Shown here one piece after another: positions 9,852-20,112 of a DNA stretch of 64,000 bases. Every line of letters begins with the position of its first letter. The stretch's first letter is position 1. A model generated the notes under the pieces. It worked only from the letters and a program-made list of their open reading frames with translations, did no database searches and was not told the origin of the DNA. Both the position numbers and the translations under genes were made by a program. Source of the DNA: Actinomycetota bacterium (lineage in GTDB: Bacteria; Actinomycetota; Acidimicrobiia; IMCC26256; PALSA-555); contig PLJD01000096.1 in NCBI GenBank assembly GCA_003140175.1, positions 16,324-80,323 of the forward strand. Direction: 5' to 3'.

Positions 9852-11006
9852 GTGGCCCGGGCGTACCTCGACCACGCGTCGTCCTCACCACTCCGCACCG
9901 CGGCGCTGGAGGCGATGCTCCCGTTCCTCGCCGGGAATCCCGCCGACCCCGGGAGGGTCCACAGCGACGGGCGCGTGACCCGGGTCGCGCTCGAGGAGGC
10001 CCGCGAAGCCGTCGCCGCGCTCGTCGGCGCCCGACCCCGCGAAGTCGTTTTCACCGCCACCGGCACCGAGGCCGTGAACACCGCGGTGTGGGGAGCGATC
10101 GCCCACGGCGCGCCGCGACACGCCGGGACGAAGCGCAGCCATGTCGTCACCACGGCGGTCGAGCACTCGGCGGTGCTCGAGTCGTGCCAGCGTGCCGACG
10201 TGGACCTGACCGTCGTCGGAGTCGACCGGGCAGGCCGCTTCGACGCCCCGGCGCTGCTCGCCGCGCTCCGCCCCGAGACGGTCCTGGTCAGCGTGCAGCT
10301 CGCCAACCATGAGGTCGGCACCCTCCAAGGCGCCGTCCCCGACGTCGTGGCCGGCGCCCGGGCGCACGGCACGCTGGTGCACGTCGACGCGTGCGCGGCG
10401 GCCGGCCACGTACCGCTCGACTTCGCGACGCTCGGCCCCGATCTCTGCTCGATCACCGCCCACAAGCTCGGAGGACCGAAGGGCGCCGCCGCGCTCCTCG
10501 TACGACGAGGCGTGCGGATCCCCCCCTTCGTGGTCGGCGGCGCGCAGGAACGCGCCCGTCGCGCCGGGATCGAGGACGTGCCGGCGATCGTCGGGTTCGG
10601 CGCCGCGGCCCGCGAGCTCGTCGCCGGCGCTCGACTGGCGCAGGAGGCGGCGACCGCGCTCGCCCAGACCGAGGAGCTGCTCGACGCGGCACGAGCCGTC
10701 GAGGGCGTGACCCAGCTCGGCGATCCCACCTCCCGCCTCCCCCACCTGGTGTGCCTCGCCGTCGACGGCGTCGAAGCGGAGCCGGTCCTCTTGGGCCTCG
10801 ACCAGCGCGGGATCGCGGTGCACTCCGGCTCGTCCTGCTCGAGCGAAACGCTCGAACCGTCCCCGGTGCTCGCCGCCATGGGCGTCGACGCCGAGCACTC
10901 CCTGCGTCCCAGCGTCGGGTGGAGCACCACCAGCGCAGACATCGCCGCGTTCGCCACCGCCTTCCCGGAGGTGGTCGGGAAGCTCCGCGCGCTGCGCGGG
11001 GCGTGA
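9852..11006 (+). CDS. Cysteine desulfurase (IscS/NifS type)
   Basis: YLDHASSSP, EHSAV, ANHEVGT, HVDA, AHKLGGPKG, HSGSSCSS. Confidence 0.92.
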   Translation: MARAYLDHASSSPLRTAALEAMLPFLAGNPADPGRVHSDGRVTRVALEEAREAVAALVGARPREVVFTATGTEAVNTAVWGAIAHGAPRHAGTKRSHVVTTAVEHSAVLESCQRADVDLTVVGVDRAGRFDAPALLAALRPETVLVSVQLANHEVGTLQGAVPDVVAGARAHGTLVHVDACAAAGHVPLDFATLGPDLCSITAHKLGGPKGAAALLVRRGVRIPPFVVGGAQERARRAGIEDVPAIVGFGAAARELVAGARLAQEAATALAQTEELLDAARAVEGVTQLGDPTSRLPHLVCLAVDGVEAEPVLLGLDQRGIAVHSGSSCSSETLEPSPVLAAMGVDAEHSLRPSVGWSTTSADIAAFATAFPEVVGKLRALRGA

Positions 11007-11137
11007 CCGTCCTCGCCCGCGCCGCCGCACCGTCGAGCGGGGCGGACCCTGACCGCTCGGCGAACCGGGTCTTCCACCTCGGGTCCGCCGCGTCGGCAAC
11101 GGATTGGCTTGCGGCTCGCTCGCGTAGTGTGCAGCCC

Positions 11138-11860
11138 ATGACCACGACCGACTGGGCCCGCCTCGCCGACGACCTGACCGCAGCGCTAAACCTCGGGAAC
11201 GCGCCGATCGCCATCACCTTCAGCGCGGAGGCCCCCTCCGGGGTCGCACCCTTCGGGGCGCCGATGCCCGCACCCACCGACGATGGACGGACCGGCCGCG
11301 TCCCCGCCGGCTGCGTGTTCTGGATGCGCGCCGCCGACTCCACCTTCTCGACCGTCGCCGAGGACCACGCCAACTGTTCGGTCGGGTCCGCCACCCACGG
11401 TTTCAAGACCTTCGCCGAGGTCGCGGGGAACTCCGACGTCGCGACGCTGCTCGACGCCGGCTGGGTGACGATGGATATGGTCCCGGAGATCCCGGTCGTC
11501 GCGACCCGACCCGGCGCGGTCACCTACGGGCCGCTCGCCGAGTCGCCCACCGACCCCGACGTCGTCCTGCTGCGCGTCAACGGCAAGCAGCTCATGGTGC
11601 TCTCCGATGCCCTCCCGGGACTGCGCATCGAGGGCAAGCCGCAATGTCACATCGTCGCCGTCGCCAAAGAACAAGGTGAGGTCGCCGCGAGTGTCGGCTG
11701 TGCACTGAGCCGCACTCGGACCGGCATGCCCGCGACCGAGATGACCTGCGCGATCCCCGCGGGACGCCTCGCCGAGGTCCTCGACGCGGTGACCGCCACC
11801 GCGCGGGCCGACACCGCAGTGGCCCGCTACGCCGCGCAGGACGCGCAGCGCTTCGACTGA
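11138..11860 (+). CDS. DUF169 family protein
   Basis: AGCVFW, HANCSVG, TYGPL, PDVVLL, KPQC, SVGCALSR pattern. Confidence 0.75.
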   Translation: MTTTDWARLADDLTAALNLGNAPIAITFSAEAPSGVAPFGAPMPAPTDDGRTGRVPAGCVFWMRAADSTFSTVAEDHANCSVGSATHGFKTFAEVAGNSDVATLLDAGWVTMDMVPEIPVVATRPGAVTYGPLAESPTDPDVVLLRVNGKQLMVLSDALPGLRIEGKPQCHIVAVAKEQGEVAASVGCALSRTRTGMPATEMTCAIPAGRLAEVLDAVTATARADTAVARYAAQDAQRFD

Positions 11861-11868
11861 GGCGGCCG

Positions 11869-12492
11869 CTACTTCTTGGCGGACTCGTAGTACGGGTTGT
11901 TGCCCGACGCGTGGTCCGTCGTGTCGATGACCGACTGGATGTCGGGGACCCCGTCGAGGATCGCCACCTCGATGCCCTGGGAGAGGGTCACCGAGGCGAG
12001 CCCGCAGCCCTGACAGCCGCCCGACATGCGCACGTAGGCGACGCCGTCCTCGACCGCGACCAGGTCGGCGCGGCCCCCGTGGGCGGCGATCGCCGGGTTG
12101 ATGTCCGCTTCGAGCACCGCGAGCACGGCCTGGGCGACGGGACCGGACAGATCACCGGTGGGTGCGGATCCCGCCCCGCCCAGCGATGGCCGGTTCGGGT
12201 TCTTCATCACCATGCCGGAGCCCGCGAAGTCGAGCGTCGCGCCGGCGAGCCGCTCGACGCTGTCGATCGGCACGACCACCGCGAGGTCGTCGTGACGCTG
12301 CACGGCATCGTCGGGGGCCGCGTCCGCCTCGGGGCGCAACTCCATCAGGTAGGTGAACGACCCGTCGGCCTCGCCGCTGATCTCAACCCACAGCGCGAGC
12401 GTGTCGGCGTCGGGCTCACCGGCTCGGACATCGACGATCTGACGGCGGGCATCGTCGGTGACGACCAGCACAGGTTCGGCGACATCGGTCAT
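11869..12492 (-). CDS. nfuA: Fe-S biogenesis protein NfuA
   Basis: INPAIAAHGG, GGCQGC, TDHASGNNPYY. Confidence 0.92.
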   Translation of the reverse strand: MTDVAEPVLVVTDDARRQIVDVRAGEPDADTLALWVEISGEADGSFTYLMELRPEADAAPDDAVQRHDDLAVVVPIDSVERLAGATLDFAGSGMVMKNPNRPSLGGAGSAPTGDLSGPVAQAVLAVLEADINPAIAAHGGRADLVAVEDGVAYVRMSGGCQGCGLASVTLSQGIEVAILDGVPDIQSVIDTTDHASGNNPYYESAKK

Positions 12493-12509
12493 GACGCCAT
12501 CATAGGACC

Positions 12510-13697
12510 GTGCCCCGGGCCCTTCTCCTCCTGCCGACTGCGACCTACCGAGCCGCGGGTTTCCTCGCCGCCGCCCGCCAGCTCGGCGTCGAGGTCGTCG
12601 TGGCTTCCGAAGAGCCCCCCGCGCTCACCTCCACGATGGGAGACCGGGCGGTCGTCGTACCCCTCGACGATCCGGACCGCGCCGCCCAGGTCATCGAGGG
12701 CCTCGACGCTCGCACGCCCCTCGACGCGGTGATCGCGGTCGACGATCAGGGGGTCGTGGTCGCGGCCCGGGCGGGTGAACAGCTCGGCTTCCCACACAAC
12801 CCGCCCGCCGCGGTGGTCCGGACCCGCGACAAGGCCGCCCTGCGCGACGCGCTCGCCGCGGCCGAGGTCCCCCAGCCTCGCTACGCGGTCATCACCGACC
12901 CCGAAGCGCTTCCCGACGTCGGCTGGCCGCGGGTGGTGAAACCCACCGGGCGGTCGGGCAGCCAGGGCGTGATCCGCGCCGACGACCCAGCCGCCGCCGT
13001 GGCAGCCGCCCGGCGGGCCGCCGAGATCGCCGGCGGTGGGCCGCTGATCGTCGAGGAATACGTGCCGGGGGCCGAGGTCGCGGTCGAGGGCCTGCTGCGC
13101 AGCGATCACCTCGACGTGCTCGCGGTCTTCGACAAGCCCGACACGCCAGAAGGTCCGTACTTCGAGGAGACGCTGTACGTCACCCCGTCCCGGCTGCCCG
13201 ACGAGGTCCTCGCCCGGGTCGAGCGCGTCACCGCCGACGCCGCCCAGGCGCTCGGCCTCACCGAAGGACCGATCCACGCCGAGCTGCGCGTCCACAAGGG
13301 GCGGGTCTGGGTCCTCGAGGTCGCCGCACGCTCGATCGGTGGGCTCTGCGCGCGCACGCTGCGCCTCGGGGCGGGAATCAGCTTGGAAGAGGTCATCTTG
13401 CGCCACGCACTCGCCCTGCCGTTGCGCGATCTCACCCGAGAGTCCCAGGCGTCGGGGGTGATGATGCTGCCTATCGCCCGTTCGGGCACCCTGGTCGAGG
13501 TCCGCGGCCAGGACGAGGCGCGAGCCGTCCCCGGGGTCGTCGGCCTCGAGATCACCATCCCCCGCGGTCGACCGATCCGGGCCCTGCCCGAGGGAGACCG
13601 GTACCTGGGCTTCCTGTTCGCGAGGGCCGCGACGCCCGCCGCCGTCGAACACGCGCTGCGCGGCGCGCATCGGCTGCTCGATGTCGACATCGTCTAA
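12510..13697 (+). CDS. ATP-grasp domain protein (partner of the CCAEP radical SAM)
   Basis: RDK, VVKP..SGSQGV, EEYVPG.E, FDKPD, HAELR, LEVAARSIGG. Confidence 0.88.
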   Translation: MPRALLLLPTATYRAAGFLAAARQLGVEVVVASEEPPALTSTMGDRAVVVPLDDPDRAAQVIEGLDARTPLDAVIAVDDQGVVVAARAGEQLGFPHNPPAAVVRTRDKAALRDALAAAEVPQPRYAVITDPEALPDVGWPRVVKPTGRSGSQGVIRADDPAAAVAAARRAAEIAGGGPLIVEEYVPGAEVAVEGLLRSDHLDVLAVFDKPDTPEGPYFEETLYVTPSRLPDEVLARVERVTADAAQALGLTEGPIHAELRVHKGRVWVLEVAARSIGGLCARTLRLGAGISLEEVILRHALALPLRDLTRESQASGVMMLPIARSGTLVEVRGQDEARAVPGVVGLEITIPRGRPIRALPEGDRYLGFLFARAATPAAVEHALRGAHRLLDVDIV

Positions 13698-13751
13698 CCC
13701 CGGCCGGTCCCAGCCCCAGCCGCCGCCGAACGCACCAGTACCCTCGGCGTC

Positions 13752-15098
13752 ATGCGCGTGCTGCTCGTCTCGTGCTACGAGCTCGGCCACCAACCCCTCG
13801 GCGTCGCCGGGCCCGCCGCCCGACTGCAAGCCGCCGGCCACGAGGTCCGCTGCCACGACCGGGCCGTGGAGCCCTGGGACCCCCAGCTCGTGGCCTGGGC
13901 CGAACGCCTGGCGTGCTGCGTGCCGATGCACACCGCGACCCGCATCGCCCGCCAGGTCATCGACGACGTCCGCCGACGCCGCCCCGACCTCCCAATCGCC
14001 TGCTACGGCCTCTACGGGGCCGCGATGCACGACGTCGCGGACCGCGTGCTGGCCGGCGAGAGCGACGCTGAGCTCGTGGCCTGGGTCGAGGGCCACGACG
14101 ACGGCCGGGTCGTACACCGGGAACGGATCGGCGCCGTCGCCGCACCGCCCGCCCGCGAGCTGCTGCCGCCCCTGGACCAGTACGCGCGCCTGGTGCACGC
14201 CGACCGGGAACAGCTCGTCGCCGTCGTCGAAGCGAGCCGGGGCTGCGTCCACCGGTGCCGACACTGCCCGGTGCCCGTCGTCTACGACGGGCGGATTCGG
14301 GTGGTCGCGCTCGACGCGGTGCTCGCCGACCTCGAGCAGCAGGTCGCGGCCGGCGCGGAGCACGTCACGTTCGCGGACCCCGACTTCCTCAACGGTGCAC
14401 AGCACGCCCGCCGAGTCGTCCACGCGATGCACGACCGACACCCCGACCTGAGCTTCGACTGCACCGTCAAGATCGAACACATCTTGGCCCACCCTGACCT
14501 GTGGGCCGAGTTCGCGGACGCCGGGTGCCTCTTCGTCGTGTCTGCATTCGAGAGTCTCGATGACGCGACCCTCGCCCGCCTCGACAAGGGCCATACCGCG
14601 CGCGACGCGGGGACCGCCGTCACGCTGCTCCGCGAGCACGGCATCGAGGTCCGACCGTCGTGGCTGCCCTTCACGCCCTGGACGACCCTCGACCAGGTGC
14701 GAGCAGTCCTCGACTTCGTGGCCGACTACGACCTCGTCGGCAATGTCGACCCGGTCCAGTACACGATCCGGCTCCTCCTACCCCCAGGTTCCCTGCTGCT
14801 GGACCATCCCGACGTCCTCCCCTACCTCGGACCCTACGATTCCGACCGGGCCAGCTACGCGTGGCGCAGCGCGGACGCCACGATGGACGAGCTCCAGATC
14901 CAGGTCGCGGCGCTGGTCGAGCAGCGCCTCGAGGCCGGCGACTCCATCCCCGCCGTCTACGCGCGGATCCGCGACGCGGTGGGACTCGCGCCGATTCCGG
15001 TCGACGAGGACCGGGCGCGGGCGGTGCCGAGACTCACCGAGGCGTGGTTCTGCTGCGCCGAGCCGACGACCGCGCAGCTGGCGCCCCTCACGCCGTGA
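13752..15098 (+). CDS. CUAEP/CCAEP-tail radical SAM protein, Cys form
   Basis: SCYELGHQP N-terminus, CVHRCRHC motif, C-terminal WFCCAEP encoded TGG TTC TGC TGC GCC GAG CCG. Confidence 0.9.
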   Translation: MRVLLVSCYELGHQPLGVAGPAARLQAAGHEVRCHDRAVEPWDPQLVAWAERLACCVPMHTATRIARQVIDDVRRRRPDLPIACYGLYGAAMHDVADRVLAGESDAELVAWVEGHDDGRVVHRERIGAVAAPPARELLPPLDQYARLVHADREQLVAVVEASRGCVHRCRHCPVPVVYDGRIRVVALDAVLADLEQQVAAGAEHVTFADPDFLNGAQHARRVVHAMHDRHPDLSFDCTVKIEHILAHPDLWAEFADAGCLFVVSAFESLDDATLARLDKGHTARDAGTAVTLLREHGIEVRPSWLPFTPWTTLDQVRAVLDFVADYDLVGNVDPVQYTIRLLLPPGSLLLDHPDVLPYLGPYDSDRASYAWRSADATMDELQIQVAALVEQRLEAGDSIPAVYARIRDAVGLAPIPVDEDRARAVPRLTEAWFCCAEPTTAQLAPLTP

Positions 15099-15107
15099 GC
15101 GAATGGG

Positions 15108-15539
15108 TCAGCCGGTCCCGAGGTCGACCTGGCTGACCTTCCAGCCCGCGGCCTCGGTGCCCATGAGGGTGAGCTGCGCGCTGCCACCCGGGTAGGCGAA
15201 CGTGCAGATCGGCACGCCGGGATCGGGGCCGCCGCAGGCCTGGAACGTCCACCCGGCTCCCGCACCAGGACGGCTAAAGATCGTGGTCACCGCGCCCGGC
15301 ATCGCGCACCGCCCGGCGCCAGCCCGGTCGCCGGCCGTCCAGGCCTGGACGAACGCCTGGGCGGCCTCGGTCGGTGTCGTGCAGATGATCCCGATCGTCA
15401 CTGACGGGCCGCCCGCGCCCGAGGTGGTGGTGGTGGTGGTGGTGGCTGGGTGACTCGCAACCCGGGGGCTGCCCCCGCCGCCGCACCCCGCGAGCACCAC
15501 CGCAGCGACGAGCGCGACCGCCACCCCGGCGGGGCGCAT
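15108..15539 (-). CDS. Putative lipoprotein
   Basis: LAGC lipobox, Thr-rich linker, Cys pairs; start at ATG of MRPAGV. Confidence 0.7.
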   Translation of the reverse strand: MRPAGVAVALVAAVVLAGCGGGGSPRVASHPATTTTTTTSGAGGPSVTIGIICTTPTEAAQAFVQAWTAGDRAGAGRCAMPGAVTTIFSRPGAGAGWTFQACGGPDPGVPICTFAYPGGSAQLTLMGTEAAGWKVSQVDLGTG

Positions 15540-17824
15540 CAGCCGGGCCGGGCCCGCAAGACGTTGAGGGCCGAACCCGCCCGGAACCACTCGATGTGCT
15601 CCTCGGACATGGTGTGCTGACAGGTGATGTCGGACGCGGCACCGCGGGCGTGATGGATCCGGACCGTGACGGGACGGCCGGGAGCCAGCGCTTCGAGGTC
15701 GAGAATGTCGAGCGTGTCCTCGACCAGGACCCGCTCGTAGTCGTCGGGATCGGTGAAGGCCAGCGCGAGCACACCCTGCTTCTTCAGGTTCACTTCGTGG
15801 ATCCGTGCGAACGACCGCGCCAGGATCGCCTTCCCGTTCATGTACCGGGGCTCCATCGCCGCGTGCTCACGCGACGAGCCCTCGCCGTAGTTCTCATCGC
15901 CGATCGCCACCCAGGCGATGCCGGCTTCCTTGTACGCGCGCGCAAGCTCGGGCAGCGGACGGCGGGTGCCGTCACGAGTGTCGATCCCCGTCCCGGCCTC
16001 GTCGAGCGAAAACGCGTTGTTCACCCCGTTGAAGAGGTTCCCCGAGATGTTCGTGAGGTGACCTCGGTAGCGCAGCCAGGGACCAGCGGGGGAGATGTGA
16101 TCCGTGGTGCATTTCCCCACCGCTTTGAGCAGCACCGGCAAGCCCAGCAGGTCGCGCCCATCCCAGGCCGGGAACGGCTCGAGGAGCTCGAGGCGCTCGG
16201 AGTCAGGCTCCACGACGACCGCGACACCTTCGCCATCCGCGGCGGGCGCAACGAACCCGGACTTGCCGGGGTCGAAGCCCCGCGCGGGCAGCTCGTCGGC
16301 GAACGGGGCCTCGAGGAGCACCTCGTGCCCGTCGGGGGCGCGGATCGGGTCGCGGACAAAGTCGTGATCGAGCCGTCCGGTGAGTGCCATCGCCACCACC
16401 GTCTCGGGTGAGCCAATGAACGAGAGCGTCTCGGCATTGCCATCGTTGCGACGCGGAAAGTTGCGGTTGAACGACGACACGATGGTGTTGCGGTTCCCCG
16501 GCGCAATGTCGTCACGCTGCCACTGCCCGATGCAGGGGCCGCATGCGTTGGCCAAGACGGTGGCCCCGATCGCCTCCAGGTCAGCGAGCAGCCCGTCGCG
16601 CTCGATCGTGGCCCGCACCTGCTCCGATCCCGGGGTGATGAGCAGGGGCGAACGGACGGCCAAGCCGGCGGCCTTCGCCTGGCGCGCAACATTGGCTGCC
16701 CGCCCGATGTCCTCATAGGACGAGTTCGTGCACGACCCGACCAGGGCGTAGGCAATGTCGAGCGGATAGTTCTCCGTTGACGCCACCCGAACCAGCTCGT
16801 CGAGCGGCCGATCCAGGTCGGGGGTATGCGGGCCCACCACGTGCGGCTCGAGATCGTCGAGGTCGATCTCGAGGACACGGTCATAGACCCGTTCGGGGTC
16901 GGCCTCGACCTCGGGATCGCCCCGCAGATGATCGGCGTACTCGTCGGCGAGACCGGCGATCTCGTCACGCCCCGTCGACTTCAGGTAGCGCGCGCTGTGC
17001 AGGTCGTACGGGAACACCGAGCACGTCGCACCAATCTCGGCCCCCATGTTGCAGATCGTGGCTTTCCCGGTCGCCGAGATCGACTCCGCCCCCGGCCCGA
17101 AGTACTCCACGACGGCGCCGGTTCCGCCCTTGACCGTGAGGAGCCCCGCGACTCGCAGGATCACGTCCTTGGCCGACGCCCAGCCGGAGAGGCGCCCGAG
17201 GAGCCGCACGCCGATCAGGCGCGGGACCCGAGTGTTGAACGGCCAGCCGGCCATCACGTCGACCGCGTCGGCACCGCCGACGCCGATGGCCGCGACGCCG
17301 AGCCCGCCCGCGTTCGGTGTGTGGCTGTCGGTACCGATCATCATCCCGCCCGGGAAGGCGTACTGCTCGAGGACGACCTGGTGGATGATCCCCGAGCCCG
17401 GCTGCCAGAAGCCGATCCCGAACTTGGAGGACACGCTGCGCAGGAACTCATAGACCTCCGAGTTCGCGTCGAGGGCGCTCTGGAGGTCTGACGTGGCGCC
17501 GACGTGCGCCTGGATGAGATGGTCGCAGTGCACGGTGGTCGGGACCGCCACCCGGGGAAGTCCCGCGGTCATGAACTGGAGCAGCGCCATCTGGGCCGTC
17601 GCGTCCTGCATCGCCACGCGGTCGGGTCGATAGTCGGCGTAGGCCACGCCGCGCTCGAGACCGACCGTCTCGGGATCGGCGGCGTGCGCGATCAGGATCT
17701 TGTCAGTGAACGTCAAGGGCCGGCTCAGGCGGCGCCGCGCGGTCTCGACACGCTCGGGGTAGCGGCGATACAGGGACTGCACGAGCTCGACGGGCGTGGT
17801 GGGCCCGACTTGGGACTCTGCCAT
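15539..17824 (-). CDS. Aconitate hydratase (mitochondrial-type)
   Basis: DRVAMQDATAQMA, HCDHLI, GTDSHT, GSCTNSS, NACGPCIGQW, NYGEGSSREHAA. Confidence 0.95.
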   Translation of the reverse strand: MAESQVGPTTPVELVQSLYRRYPERVETARRRLSRPLTFTDKILIAHAADPETVGLERGVAYADYRPDRVAMQDATAQMALLQFMTAGLPRVAVPTTVHCDHLIQAHVGATSDLQSALDANSEVYEFLRSVSSKFGIGFWQPGSGIIHQVVLEQYAFPGGMMIGTDSHTPNAGGLGVAAIGVGGADAVDVMAGWPFNTRVPRLIGVRLLGRLSGWASAKDVILRVAGLLTVKGGTGAVVEYFGPGAESISATGKATICNMGAEIGATCSVFPYDLHSARYLKSTGRDEIAGLADEYADHLRGDPEVEADPERVYDRVLEIDLDDLEPHVVGPHTPDLDRPLDELVRVASTENYPLDIAYALVGSCTNSSYEDIGRAANVARQAKAAGLAVRSPLLITPGSEQVRATIERDGLLADLEAIGATVLANACGPCIGQWQRDDIAPGNRNTIVSSFNRNFPRRNDGNAETLSFIGSPETVVAMALTGRLDHDFVRDPIRAPDGHEVLLEAPFADELPARGFDPGKSGFVAPAADGEGVAVVVEPDSERLELLEPFPAWDGRDLLGLPVLLKAVGKCTTDHISPAGPWLRYRGHLTNISGNLFNGVNNAFSLDEAGTGIDTRDGTRRPLPELARAYKEAGIAWVAIGDENYGEGSSREHAAMEPRYMNGKAILARSFARIHEVNLKKQGVLALAFTDPDDYERVLVEDTLDILDLEALAPGRPVTVRIHHARGAASDITCQHTMSEEHIEWFRAGSALNVLRARPG

Positions 17825-17909
17825 GGCGCGCTCCGGGGTCAACGGGCCGGTCAGCGAAGGCTACGTCTCCCGAGCCGCGACACCGACTCCGGGCCGACCA
17901 GTGGCGCTG

Positions 17910-18707
17910 TCACGCCGCGGCGGCGGCGACCCGGGCCCTGGCCTTGCGGATGATCGGCGACGGTGGGAGGAGGTGGTTCATCACCCGGGTCAGTGCGAAC
18001 ACGTTCGCTCGCACTGGCAGGTTGGCCGACGTCGGCCACGGCAGCCCGTAGAGGCGTCGAGCCACCCGGGGCAAGATGGCGAGGGTCGCCGTCGCCGGGA
18101 TCGCCCAGAGGGGCCGCAACGCGAGCGGCATGGGCGGGAAGAAGATGGTCCGCATGCCTTCCCGCGCGGCCGGCGTGACCTGGAGGCCCTCGACGGAGCG
18201 CAGGTACTCGCGCAGCTCGCCCATCGAGCGCGGGGCCATCCCGCGGGGCAGCTCGACCAGCTCGGCGACGCGAACCATCTCAGCGACGTAGCGGTCGGCG
18301 TCGTGGTCGTCGAGGCGCCCCGCGTAGGCGCGGTAGGCCGCGACGAAGGAGTGCACCTCCACGGCGTGGATCCACAGGAGCAGATCGGGGTCGCTGGCGG
18401 TGTACCAGCGCCCCGTGGTCGGGTCGACTCCGCGGATCCGCTCGTGCACCTTCCGCACCTGGGCGCAGGCTGCTTCTGCGGTCTCGACGTCGCCGTAGGT
18501 CGTGCGGAGGACGAATTCCGTCGTACGTTGGAGTCGACCCCACGGATCGACGCGGTATCGACTGTGCTGGTCGACGCCGGCCATCGCCCGAGGCTCGAGG
18601 GCCTGCACCACCAGGGCCCGCAGACCCCCCGCGAGCATCGCAGGGTCCGCGTGCAGCCGCCACGCCACGCTGTCAGGCCCGAACAGGCCGTCGTCCACGA
18701 CCGGCAT
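17910..18707 (-). CDS. MpaB/DUF2236 oxygenase-like protein
   Basis: GLFGPDSVAWR, GVDQHS, RLQRT, DPDLLLWIH. Confidence 0.88.
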   Translation of the reverse strand: MPVVDDGLFGPDSVAWRLHADPAMLAGGLRALVVQALEPRAMAGVDQHSRYRVDPWGRLQRTTEFVLRTTYGDVETAEAACAQVRKVHERIRGVDPTTGRWYTASDPDLLLWIHAVEVHSFVAAYRAYAGRLDDHDADRYVAEMVRVAELVELPRGMAPRSMGELREYLRSVEGLQVTPAAREGMRTIFFPPMPLALRPLWAIPATATLAILPRVARRLYGLPWPTSANLPVRANVFALTRVMNHLLPPSPIIRKARARVAAAAA

Positions 18708-18757
18708 GCTACGAGCCGGAACGGATGGAACCCGTATCGCCGCCGCGCGACGTCGGC

Positions 18758-19231
18758 TCAGCGATCGTGCTCCTCGACGACGACCGACTTCATGACGTCG
18801 CCGACCGTCACACCCGACGCCACGTCCATCCCCTCGACGACAAAACCGAAGAGGTTGTAAGACTTCGCGAGCTTGCTCGTGCAGTCGTCGATGCAGATGA
18901 AGAACTGCGAGCCGTTCGTGTGGGGTCCGGCGTTCGCCATCGCGACCGCGCCGAGTCGGTACTGGCCCTTGACCGGCTCGTCCTCGAAGCGGTAGCCGGG
19001 TCCGCCGCTCCCGGTGCCCTCCGGGCAACCGCCCTGAACGACGAACTCGGGGACAACCCGGTGGAAGGTGAGCCCGTCGTAGTAGCCCTGGCGGGCGAGC
19101 CCCACGAAGTTGTTCACCGTGGTGGGGGCCAGCTGCGGGTCGAGTTCCATCACGATCGGCCCGCGGTCGGTTTCGATCGTGGCGCGGTACGCCTTTTGCT
19201 CGTCGATCTGCCACTCCGGCCGAGGTGTCAT
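18758..19231 (-). CDS. Cyclophilin-type peptidyl-prolyl isomerase
   Basis: FHRV, QGG, AMANAG, NGSQFFI. Confidence 0.93.
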   Translation of the reverse strand: MTPRPEWQIDEQKAYRATIETDRGPIVMELDPQLAPTTVNNFVGLARQGYYDGLTFHRVVPEFVVQGGCPEGTGSGGPGYRFEDEPVKGQYRLGAVAMANAGPHTNGSQFFICIDDCTSKLAKSYNLFGFVVEGMDVASGVTVGDVMKSVVVEEHDR

Positions 19232-20112
19232 TGCTTCGCCTTTCGGGATGCGGACGGGGGGGTCGTCGCGGGCGGGCCGGTCAACGCGTTCGTCACCTGC
19301 GCCAGCATGGCCTGGGCTTCCGGTGCATATTGCCCGTTGGGGGCCAGCACAAGGTAGTGCTGGAGATCGTCCTGGGCTCCGCTGTAGTCCTGGTACTCGT
19401 TCGCGAGGACGACGGCACGAAAGAAGTGCGCGTCGGGGTACTGGGGGTCGAGCTCGATGGCCTGGTCGAGCTCGGACCGGGCGCGGATGTCGAGCTCGGC
19501 CGCCTCGCTGGCCGGTGCCGCCGTCGCGGTCAGGTACAGGATCCGGCCGACGTTGGCGACCGCGACCGCGTTCGACGGCTGGATCTGGCTGATCGCGTTG
19601 TATTGCTGCAGCGCTCCCACGAGATTGTTGCCCTGTTCGAGGATCTGCGCGAGGAGCAGTCGGCTGGTGATGTCCGACGGGTTGCGGGCCACCGCGGCCT
19701 CAAGCTGGCGTCGCTGCTGGGTGATCGACACGGTCGCGGGCGCGTTCGCCTGGCTGTTCCCAGACGAGGTCTGGCCCGGTAGGCGAGCGCCGAGCGCGGC
19801 GGCGAGCGCGATGCCGGCGACCACCGCGAATCCCGCCACCCCGGCGATGATCAACACCCGTCGGCGCAGATTGGTGGGTTCCCGCGCCGGTCGCGCGTCG
19901 ACCCCGCCCCGTAGGGCACGGATGGCGGCCGCGCCGCGAGCCGTGTAGTCGTCGTGGAGCCGCTGATAGGACTCGTCGTCGATGTCCCCGGCGACGTGTT
20001 CGGCCTCGAGGTCGTCGAGGGAACGCAAGAGAAAGTCGCGCTCGGCCTCCAGCGCGGAGTGGGTGCTGGGGTCCTCACGATCCTGCTCGGGAGTTTGGGT
20101 CGGGTCGGTCAT
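19228..20112 (-). CDS. CcmI/CycH-like TPR membrane protein
   Basis: ERDFLLRSLDDLE N-terminus, one TM helix, TPR repeats; coupled to ccmH. Confidence 0.75.
   Translation of the reverse strand: MTDPTQTPEQDREDPSTHSALEAERDFLLRSLDDLEAEHVAGDIDDESYQRLHDDYTARGAAAIRALRGGVDARPAREPTNLRRRVLIIAGVAGFAVVAGIALAAALGARLPGQTSSGNSQANAPATVSITQQRRQLEAAVARNPSDITSRLLLAQILEQGNNLVGALQQYNAISQIQPSNAVAVANVGRILYLTATAAPASEAAELDIRARSELDQAIELDPQYPDAHFFRAVVLANEYQDYSGAQDDLQHYLVLAPNGQYAPEAQAMLAQVTNALTGPPATTPPSASRKAKQ

Noticed and set aside
12489-14639. 716-aa antisense ORF and many similar long Arg/Pro/Ala-rich ORFs
   Set aside because: These are shadow frames of real genes in high-GC DNA, with no motifs.
15045-15065. Selenocysteine codon in the radical SAM tail
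   Set aside because: Both codons are TGC (CCAEP); there is no in-frame TGA.
15421-15445. GGT tandem repeat (poly-His in an alternative frame)
   Set aside because: It encodes the Thr linker of the lipoprotein.
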